A stretch of 64,000 bases of DNA from Nannocystales bacterium (GTDB taxonomy: Bacteria > Myxococcota_A > Polyangia > Nannocystales > Nannocystaceae): assembly GCA_050633305.1 (NCBI GenBank), contig JBOEGF010000016.1, positions 70,057 to 134,056 on the forward strand, written 5' to 3'. Below the pieces are notes generated by a model that worked only from the letters and a program-made list of their open reading frames with translations, searched no databases and had not been told where the DNA came from. Position numbers and translations under genes: made by a program. Within the stretch, counting starts at the first letter, position 1. The number at the start of each line of letters is the position of its first letter. Positions 56,728-64,000 of the stretch are shown piece after piece.

Positions 56728-57450
56728 TCAGTCGTAAGGATCTTCTTTTGTCATTCTTGTCATGGCGTTCTCAAGAGTGATCTCCGGAACAGCGGCGGGC
56801 TCCGCCCAGACGCTGAGGGTGCTACCACCCCTGGAGACTGACGGGAACGCGCCAATCGATTGGAGGTGAGCCTCACTGCCAACAAATTCCATCAAAGCCG
56901 CATTGCTCTCCCAGACCGTGAACGTGCGCAGTGAACCGCAGGTCATCGAAGCGCCCAGTTGGAGCGCGACCATCCCCGGGTTGCTGTAAAGAGCCATCGA
57001 GTTCGCAGCGTTTAGTTGGCCGAGGAGTTGCGAGTCTGTGTCTGGACGCAGAGCGAGGTAGGTGACGCTGACGACAAACTCGGTTTGTCCGTCATCGATG
57101 AGATTACCGTCTCCGTCTGCACCGGGGCCGTACCAACGGGTAGGGCCAGGCACACCGAGTTCGTCGATCACAACGTAGTCATCTTCGAGCAAGTCGCGGC
57201 GACATCCGGCGAAGGGGTCTGAGCCGGTTGAACTCTCGTCATCGGGCCCAGTGCTGCCCTCGGCACTGGAACTGGTCGAGCCCGAAGACGAAGGTGTTCC
57301 TGTACTAGGGACATCGGTTGTAGAGCCACCACTAGGTCCAGTGGTGGAAGCATCAGCACCGGTGTCATCGGAGGCGGCGTCACCGTCGTCGCCACAGGCG
57401 GGAGCAAGCGCGAGGGTGATTAGGTAGGCGTAGCGAGCGTAGGTTTTCAT
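56728..57450 (-). CDS. Lipoprotein with C-terminal DUF3291/ABM-like dimeric alpha-beta barrel domain
   Basis: Lipobox APAC-GDD; S/T linker; PG.V...RTFTVWES..ALMEFV.SEAH. Confidence 0.7.
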   Translation of the reverse strand: MKTYARYAYLITLALAPACGDDGDAASDDTGADASTTGPSGGSTTDVPSTGTPSSSGSTSSSAEGSTGPDDESSTGSDPFAGCRRDLLEDDYVVIDELGVPGPTRWYGPGADGDGNLIDDGQTEFVVSVTYLALRPDTDSQLLGQLNAANSMALYSNPGMVALQLGASMTCGSLRTFTVWESNAALMEFVGSEAHLQSIGAFPSVSRGGSTLSVWAEPAAVPEITLENAMTRMTKEDPYD

Positions 57451-57489
57451 GAGTTGTGGTCCCAAACGGAAGATGAAGGAAGGAGGAGT

Positions 57490-57882
57490 TCAAGCGTGCG
57501 AGGGCACGCTCGCGAAAAAGAGCCGCTCGAAGTCACGGTCGAGCCGCCGGGAATGAAAGTTTGCTTGGCTGCCGTGTACGCTCAAGGTGATGGTCTCGCC
57601 TTGTTCGGCGCCCAGCGGCCCCATCACGACAGCCCAGTCCCCGTTGGTCGCGGGGGCACCAACCCGGATGTACGTGTAGGGCCCCACAGTTCTTCGTTCG
57701 TGGACGACGCCGCAAAGGGTCGCGACGTCGGTCTCCTCGAACGAGGGCATGGTCTCGGTTTTCGCCGGCGGGGTCGCTGCAGGCGGAAGGGTCACAGCGG
57801 CGCTCGCTTCGAGCGCCGGGGCTTCGGTGGTCGAGCAGCCCCAAGCAAAGGCAGCACACAACAGCAGTTCTCGACGGAGCAC
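57490..57882 (-). CDS. Small OB-fold lipoprotein (NrfJ-like)
   Basis: Lipobox AWGC; G.V.E....GPYTYIRV...WAV...NFHSRRLDRDFERLFF. Confidence 0.65.
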   Translation of the reverse strand: MLRRELLLCAAFAWGCSTTEAPALEASAAVTLPPAATPPAKTETMPSFEETDVATLCGVVHERRTVGPYTYIRVGAPATNGDWAVVMGPLGAEQGETITLSVHGSQANFHSRRLDRDFERLFFASVPSHA

Positions 57883-58072
57883 GGGGCCAGCGTGAGCGGA
57901 GAACGCGTCATGCGGGAGGCACACCGATGGAAGGGGGCCTTGCAGGAATGGTCCCAGCGTTCCGGAACGAGCCGGAGCATGCTCTGGGAGGACGGGGGAC
58001 GGGTCCAAGGCGCGATTGCAACACCCCCTTGCAGCCGCGGGGCTTCCCCAAGAAGTCCGGTACTGTAGTGCC

Positions 58073-59047
58073 GTGCTGAACTGGGACGACCTCAAGGTGT
58101 TCCTTGCCGCCTTCCGAGAGGGGAGCATCGGCAGGGCGGCAGGGCGGCTTGGCGTCAGTGGGTCGACGGTGAGTCGTCGGCTGACCGCGCTCGAAGCCGC
58201 GTTGGGTCAGAGCCTCTTCGTCCGCTCGCCCGACGGCCTCAAGCCGACCGCGGCGGGCACACGAGTTTGGGATGACGCGCAGGAAGCTGAGCGTCACGTG
58301 ACTCGGATGCAGTTCGGCGTGCAGGAGGTCGACGAACTTCGCGGGAGTGTTCGGGTCTCTGCTTCTTCCGTGCTTCTTCACACCGTCATCCTTCCGAATT
58401 GGAGCGAGTTTTCGCGGACGTACCCCGAGATCACGGTCGAGTTCGTGGAGAGCACAGAGCTTGCAGACCTCGAGCGGTGGGAGGCGGACATCGCGATTCG
58501 CGTTGTCCGGCCGCAGTCGGGCGACAACCTCGTCATCACTGCTTTGCGGGAGTCGAAGATGTGGGTCTTCGCCGCGCGAGCGCTGCTCGTGGAGCGCGGC
58601 GTCGACCCTGACGATCATGCGGCTCTGTGTGGGGTTGGCTCGTCGCTCGGGGATTGGCCGTGGGTCGACTGGACGACCGAACAACGTCATCTTCCCGGGG
58701 CCGCGCTGCGTGAGCACTTGGTCCCGAACGCTCGGGTCGTGATGCGTCTGTCCAACCTCGAGACGATCCGTTTGGCGGTGGCGGCGGGTATGGGACTTGG
58801 GGTTCTACCGTCGTTCTTTGGGCGGGTTTGTCCGACCATCGTCAGGCTGCCGGAGCCGAATTTCGACAAGAACTCGAGCTTGTACTTGGTGGGTCACGCT
58901 GCCGTACGGAACACAGCCCGGGTCAAGGCCGTTTGGGAACACCTTGTGACCTTCCTTCGGGGCACGGACGAAGAGCAGCTCGAGGAGGGCAGGACCTTGC
59001 TGACGAGGGCCTACGGGGTCATCTTCGACGAAACAAGCGGCGCTTGA
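58073..59047 (+). CDS. LysR-family transcriptional regulator
   Basis: NWDDLKVF...AAGRLGVSGSTVSRRLTALE...LFVR; EADIAIR. Confidence 0.92.
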   Translation: MLNWDDLKVFLAAFREGSIGRAAGRLGVSGSTVSRRLTALEAALGQSLFVRSPDGLKPTAAGTRVWDDAQEAERHVTRMQFGVQEVDELRGSVRVSASSVLLHTVILPNWSEFSRTYPEITVEFVESTELADLERWEADIAIRVVRPQSGDNLVITALRESKMWVFAARALLVERGVDPDDHAALCGVGSSLGDWPWVDWTTEQRHLPGAALREHLVPNARVVMRLSNLETIRLAVAAGMGLGVLPSFFGRVCPTIVRLPEPNFDKNSSLYLVGHAAVRNTARVKAVWEHLVTFLRGTDEEQLEEGRTLLTRAYGVIFDETSGA

Positions 59048-59091
59048 CGTTTCGCAACGGGGTTGTGGGCCCCGTGCTAGGTTCGCCGGCT

Positions 59092-60501
59092 ATGCAGAAG
59101 ACGTCCGTCGTCCGCATCTTCGCGACCGCCCAAGAGTCAGACTACGAGAGCCCTTGGCAGGCCACGCGCCCGACCAGTGGCACGGGCTCGGGCGTTGTCG
59201 TGGCCCCCGGCATGATCCTCACAGGCGCGCACGTGGTGGCCGACGCGACCTTCATTCAAGTCCAGACCAGCACCCACCCCGACAAGTTCATCGCTCGGCT
59301 CGCGGCGGTGTGTCACGACTCCGACTTGGCACTGCTCCAGGTTGACGACGAGGGCTTCCGGGCGGAGACGACGGTCGCCGCCTTGGGCGACCAGCTCCCC
59401 GACCTACAGGACAAGGTGTCGGTGGTCGGCTTCCCCGTCGGTGGCGAGGAGGTCTCGGTCACCGAGGGGGTCGTCAGTCGTATCGAGCTGCAGCGCTACG
59501 CGCACTCGGACCGTTGGTTGCTGGCCGTCACCGTCGACGCTGCGATCAACAACGGCAACAGTGGCGGTCCCGTCTTCCTCGACGATGAAGTTGTCGGCAT
59601 CGCGTTTCAGAGCCTCGACGACGCCGAGAACATCGGTGAGATGGTGCCGACTCCGCTCATCCGGCGGTTCCTCGAAGGTGCCAAGACCCGGGTGCAAGTG
59701 CTCGTACCGGGCTTGGGAGGAACGATTCAAACGCTCGAAAACGCGTCGCTCCGAGCAGCGCTCAAGATGGAGGCCGGCCAGACGGGGGTCCGCATTCGTA
59801 CTGTGGCCGCTGGAAACTCCGTCGACGGCGTGCTCGAAGTCGACGACGTCCTCATGTCGTTCGACGGCTACGACATCGCCAACAACGGGACGATTCGCTA
59901 CGACGACAACCACCGGACCGGTTTCTTGGTGCTGCTGGGGGACCACTTTGTCGGCGACTCCGTCGAGGCCACGGTGCTGCGAGACGGCAAGGAACTCAGC
60001 GTCACGCTTGTGCTCAAGCCCCTCAGCCCGCTGGTCCACCGCGCACGGTACGACCACGTTCCGAGCTATTTCGTGTTCGCCGGTCTCGTGTTCCAGCCGC
60101 TCAGCGTCAACTTCCTACGGACCTGGACAGACTGGTGGGACACCGCGCCGAAGGAGTTCCTGGCGCACTACTACATGGGCGAGCCCACCGCGGAGCGTCG
60201 CGAGGTTGTGGCGCTCACGCAGGTGCTCTCCGACGGTGTGAACGTGGGCTACGAGGACCTCTACGCGGAGACCGTCAAGTCGGTCAACGGGAGCGTTCCT
60301 CGGGACCTCACCCATTTCTCGCAGCTCGTCGACGCGTGTGGCGACCACCTGGAGCTGCGGATGAGCAGCGGTGCGCTCGTCGTTTTTGATGCTGTGGAAG
60401 CCCGAGCCCAGCAAACAGAGATCCTATCCCGGTATCGGGTTCCCGCCGATCGCTCGGAGGGTCTGTCGACTGGCGAGGCTTCGGACCTCCCCAGCGAGTA
60501 G
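59092..60501 (+). CDS. Deg/HtrA serine protease with PDZ domains (plant Deg2/9-like architecture)
   Basis: TGAHVV, DLALL, DAAINNGNSGGP; PDZ; PSYFVFAGLVFQPL second PDZ-like domain; no signal peptide. Confidence 0.92.
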   Translation: MQKTSVVRIFATAQESDYESPWQATRPTSGTGSGVVVAPGMILTGAHVVADATFIQVQTSTHPDKFIARLAAVCHDSDLALLQVDDEGFRAETTVAALGDQLPDLQDKVSVVGFPVGGEEVSVTEGVVSRIELQRYAHSDRWLLAVTVDAAINNGNSGGPVFLDDEVVGIAFQSLDDAENIGEMVPTPLIRRFLEGAKTRVQVLVPGLGGTIQTLENASLRAALKMEAGQTGVRIRTVAAGNSVDGVLEVDDVLMSFDGYDIANNGTIRYDDNHRTGFLVLLGDHFVGDSVEATVLRDGKELSVTLVLKPLSPLVHRARYDHVPSYFVFAGLVFQPLSVNFLRTWTDWWDTAPKEFLAHYYMGEPTAERREVVALTQVLSDGVNVGYEDLYAETVKSVNGSVPRDLTHFSQLVDACGDHLELRMSSGALVVFDAVEARAQQTEILSRYRVPADRSEGLSTGEASDLPSE

Positions 60502-60519
60502 CGGGCGGGACGGGCCTCG

Positions 60520-63168
60520 CTATTTGTCGAGTCCGGCGAGGAGTTCTTCGAACTCCTTCACTTCGTCGCCCAATGTCCGGGCCATCTTCAGTCCGTCTTC
60601 CGCATACTGGCGGGCTGCGGCATCCCGGGCCTGCTCTGTCGCGACTCGGGAGAGGGGGCCCAGTGTCGAGAGAATGTCGCGGTGGGCGTTGCCCCGCGTC
60701 TTGCGGGCGATGACCAAGGCCTCCTCGAGCTTGAGCCGAGCCGCCTCGAAGTCCCGGTCGGCCATGTCGACCTTCGCAAGGATGCGAAGCGAAGCGGCCA
60801 CGGTCGGGTGGTTGTCACCGTCGTGGGCACGGCGGGCGGCAAGTGCTTGGGCCGCATGGGCTCGCGCTGACTCCACCTCGCCGGCATCCAACTCGACGAG
60901 CGCCAAGTTGTTGCGGAAGTCGGTGGTCATGGGGTGGTCGTCCCCGCGGGACGCACTGGCTCTGCGGACAACGGCTTCGAAGGCCTTCACGCAGGCCTCC
61001 GCGGGCCGCGTGTTGTAGCAGACCCCTGCGATCCCGTTCTCCACACTCGCGAGGCTGGGGTGTTCTTCGCCGAGCTGCGAGACGAGCTTGTCCCGTGCAA
61101 ACTCGAACTCGGTCAGCGCATTCTCGGGTTGTCCCGCGTAGAAGTACGCGACGCCCAACGAGTGATGGGCAAAGGTGGTGGCAAGGGTTTCGGGGCCGTG
61201 CACCTTCTCGTTGAGTTCGATCGCACGTCGGCAGTGCGGGAGTGCAGGGGCGGTGTCCCCCTTGTCCGCGAGCAGCTGGCACATCACGTTGTGGTACTCG
61301 GCCGCCTCACCGGTATCGTCACCCAATCGGCTGACCGCCGCTTCGGCGTGTTTGCCCCACCGAAGTCCGTCGTCGTACCGGGAGAGCAGGATCCCCGTCG
61401 CGTGGGCGAGTTGGGTGAACGCGTCGGCCAGGACCCGGTCGTGGTCGGAGGAAAGCGCGGCGTAGACCGCTTCCTCGAGGTGTTGCACCGCATCTGCGTG
61501 CCTGCCTTCCCAGACCGCGTAGCGGGCGGACATGTATTGGGCTTCGGCGAGGAGCGGTCCGTGCCCCGTCGCCCGGGCATCGTTGAGGACTTGCTTCGCG
61601 TCCGGAGGAGCCTTCCGAGAGAGTTGACCTGCGGCGGTGAGCCCTGCGATGCGTTCGCGGATCTCCTGCACCGTTTCGGCGAGCGAGGGGTCCTCGGGAA
61701 GGTGAGCGCTCGTGTCGAGGTTGTCAGCATCCTCGCAGGCCGCGATTGACGGCAGCGCATCGATAGCCCTCGGCGCTCGCTCGAGAACGGCGGCATCGGA
61801 GCCTCGCAAGGTCTCAACGGTGCTCCGCAGTCCCCGTAGGCGTTGCGAGAGACAACCCATTCGCAGGTCCAACACGTGCGCGGATTGTTCGCGCCGAACA
61901 TGGGTCGCTTCGCAGGCTTCGCGGTATTCCGCCCCCCACGCGGAGGCGTACTCGTCGAGTTGTTGTGTGACTCGCTCCGCGCTCGACCGGGCGAAGCCAG
62001 CCTCGGACCCGGAGAACTTGTCCCGGAGCCCGGCCGCCAACATCGGGTTCCAGACCTTCTCGATGCGCCTCTCGCCCGACTTGCAAGGGTCGGTGGGCGG
62101 CTCGGCCACGGCGGCGAGTGCTCCCAAGGCCACGGTGGCTCCTGCGAGGACCATCCATAGTGGACGGTTGGAGTGAGGTTTTTCGACCGCGATCTCCCGG
62201 AGGAGCGACTCCATCGAGGGAAAGCGGTCCTTGGGGTCTTGACTCAGACCCTTGTCCAGCGCCCGCTGGAGTCGAGGCGGAATGGGGCTGTTCGCGGGAG
62301 GTGGGGTTTTCTGGCCGGAGCAGACGGCGAGACCGAGCGCCGCGGTTGTCTCTCCGACGAAAGGCCGCGCGCCATGCAGGCCTTCCCACAAGACCACACT
62401 GAATGCGAACTGGTCCGTACGGGCGTCGAGTTGTTTCGACAGGTACTGCTCCGGTGCCATGTACGCGGGCGTGCCCGTGAGACCACCGGTGCGGGTGATG
62501 CGATCACCGAAGTCGTCGCGGCTTCGCATGCGGACCTCGAGTGAGACCTCCTCGAGCTCGGCCCTGTCCTGCGGCTCGGTTGAACTGCCGGTCGAAGACC
62601 GAGCCAGGCCGAAGTCCAGCACACGAGGTCGGCCGTCCGCGCCCAGCAACACGTTGTCCGGCTTGAAGTCCCTGTGGACCAAGCCCTGGGCATGTGCGGC
62701 GACGAGTCCACGTCCGGTCGCGACCATGCATGCGACGACCTCTTCCCACGGCGGTCGAGTCTTGAGCCACGCGGTGAGCGTCTCGCCTTCGATGAACTCC
62801 ATCGCCACGAAGACACGCTCGTCGAAGACGCCGACGTCGTGCACCGCCACCACGTTGGGGTGGGCCAGCTTTGCCATCGCCTTCGCCTCCCGGATCAGAC
62901 GTGCGTGACCGCGGCTTCCGGAGTCCCCGTCGAGACGCTCGGGGTGCAGGACCTTCAGAGCAACCTTGCGATCGAGGTCCGGGTCGAAGGCTGCATAGAC
63001 CACGCCCATGCCGCCCGCTCCAATCCTTCGCAGGACGTGGTAGCGGCCGAGCTGGGCGCCCGGGAGCAGATCGGTGTCCTCCAGATCGGGCCGCGAGGCA
63101 ACCGGCGTGGTCTCGAGGCTGGGGTCGGCGCTCGTGCCTGAGTCGCTGTCGGCGGGTGGGGAGCTCAT
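60520..63168 (-). CDS. Ser/Thr protein kinase with TM and TPR repeats
   Basis: GAGGMG, VALK, HRDFKPDN, DFGLAR, GTPAYMAPEQ; TPRs; paralog of 50945-53989. Confidence 0.95.
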   Translation of the reverse strand: MSSPPADSDSGTSADPSLETTPVASRPDLEDTDLLPGAQLGRYHVLRRIGAGGMGVVYAAFDPDLDRKVALKVLHPERLDGDSGSRGHARLIREAKAMAKLAHPNVVAVHDVGVFDERVFVAMEFIEGETLTAWLKTRPPWEEVVACMVATGRGLVAAHAQGLVHRDFKPDNVLLGADGRPRVLDFGLARSSTGSSTEPQDRAELEEVSLEVRMRSRDDFGDRITRTGGLTGTPAYMAPEQYLSKQLDARTDQFAFSVVLWEGLHGARPFVGETTAALGLAVCSGQKTPPPANSPIPPRLQRALDKGLSQDPKDRFPSMESLLREIAVEKPHSNRPLWMVLAGATVALGALAAVAEPPTDPCKSGERRIEKVWNPMLAAGLRDKFSGSEAGFARSSAERVTQQLDEYASAWGAEYREACEATHVRREQSAHVLDLRMGCLSQRLRGLRSTVETLRGSDAAVLERAPRAIDALPSIAACEDADNLDTSAHLPEDPSLAETVQEIRERIAGLTAAGQLSRKAPPDAKQVLNDARATGHGPLLAEAQYMSARYAVWEGRHADAVQHLEEAVYAALSSDHDRVLADAFTQLAHATGILLSRYDDGLRWGKHAEAAVSRLGDDTGEAAEYHNVMCQLLADKGDTAPALPHCRRAIELNEKVHGPETLATTFAHHSLGVAYFYAGQPENALTEFEFARDKLVSQLGEEHPSLASVENGIAGVCYNTRPAEACVKAFEAVVRRASASRGDDHPMTTDFRNNLALVELDAGEVESARAHAAQALAARRAHDGDNHPTVAASLRILAKVDMADRDFEAARLKLEEALVIARKTRGNAHRDILSTLGPLSRVATEQARDAAARQYAEDGLKMARTLGDEVKEFEELLAGLDK

Positions 63169-63255
63169 ATACCGCTCCATTGAAGGCTATCAGGTCCGAC
63201 GTCAGGGAGTCACCGATCGGGCGGAGCGGAGCCGCGGTACTGCTACGGTGGGCAT

Positions 63256-63945
63256 GTGCCGACCGCACCCTCGCTCCTGCACCTCGACGCACACGTGCTC
63301 GCGATGAACAAACCATCGGGGCTTGCGGTGCATCCGGGCTGGGTGCCGAGGACCGAGCCGACCGCGTTGGTCTGGGCACGGCGAGAGGCGGGTTGTCATG
63401 TGTACCCAGTGCACCGGCTCGATCGTGCGACGAGCGGTGTGTTGCTGTTTGGGCTGAGCTCGGAGGTCGCGCGAGTCCTGGGTGCAGCGTTTAGCGCGAC
63501 CGAAGTCCACAAGCGCTACATCGCGCTGGTTCGGGGGGCTCCGCCCGATGAGGTCGAGATCGACCACCCCGTTCCGAAGACCGAGGACGGTCCCCGTGTC
63601 GACGCGGTCACGTGGTGTCGAAAACTCGCGCGCAGTGCTGTGGACCGATGCAGTCTCGTCGAAGCGCGGCCACGGACCGGCCGTCTGCATCAGATTCGCC
63701 GCCATCTCAAGCACCTCTCGCACCCGCTCGTCGGAGACGTGCGCTACGGCAAAGGGGACATCAATCGGCACTACCGGTCGACGTATGACCTGCACCGGTT
63801 GGCGTTGCACGCCCTCGAACTCGAGGTCGCCCATCCCTCCGGGAAGGGGATGCTGCGTCTACGGGCTCCGGTCCCCGAAGACCTCGCCGAACCGCTGCAG
63901 CGGCTCGAGGTCTTCGACGCGATTCCTGCCGCCGACCTTCCCTAG
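63256..63945 (+). CDS. Pseudouridine synthase (RluA/TruC family, TruC-like)
   Basis: NKPSGLAVH, VHRLDRATSG, TGRLHQIRRHLKHLSHP..GDVRYG, LHA. Confidence 0.92.
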   Translation: MPTAPSLLHLDAHVLAMNKPSGLAVHPGWVPRTEPTALVWARREAGCHVYPVHRLDRATSGVLLFGLSSEVARVLGAAFSATEVHKRYIALVRGAPPDEVEIDHPVPKTEDGPRVDAVTWCRKLARSAVDRCSLVEARPRTGRLHQIRRHLKHLSHPLVGDVRYGKGDINRHYRSTYDLHRLALHALELEVAHPSGKGMLRLRAPVPEDLAEPLQRLEVFDAIPAADLP

Positions 63946-64000
63946 CAGCCCGTGGCGAAACCCGACACGACGTCTCACTCGTCTTTTTCGCTCCTGGCGG

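Noticed and set aside
1..64000. Mobile elements, prophage, tRNA/rRNA, CRISPR arrays, reverse transcriptase
   Set aside because: No transposase, integrase, phage, cas or RT motifs and no tRNA/rRNA or repeat-spacer patterns were recognised inside the window.

Overview
High-GC bacterial DNA whose gene content points to a myxobacterium, most likely Nannocystaceae-like (inference). The evidence is a MYXO-CTERM-type vWA protein, many Cys-rich lipoproteins with Ser/Thr-rich linkers, two Ser/Thr kinase-TPR proteins, a DUF1592-type cytochrome and ECF/anti-sigma modules. About 57 CDSs; no rRNA, tRNA, CRISPR array, transposase or integrase was recognised. Highlights: (1) a ~790-nt hairpin-rich, apparently non-coding element (1744-2531) directly upstream of a large HEAT-repeat gene that the ORF track missed and that runs off the left edge; this is a candidate large ncRNA plus protein system. 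(2) A hidden selenoprotein of the ArsC/Spx family with a UxxC motif, an in-frame UGA and a SECIS-like hairpin (18334-18675, minus strand). (3) A Fur/Zur-family regulator with three TGCAA-N5-TTGCA-like boxes in front of itself, a TonB/ExbBD/TBDR operon whose ExbB has a 15-His tail, and a DUF1826 gene. (4) A copper monooxygenase-cytochrome c fusion co-transcribed with a TBDR, divergent from bfd-bfr. (5) An orphan minimal flagellin. (6) A Cys-rich ECF sigma factor, a globin with a perfect palindromic operator, an EXPERA/EBP sterol-isomerase-like protein, and signs of widespread leaderless transcription. All family assignments come from motif recognition by eye; no database searches were run.
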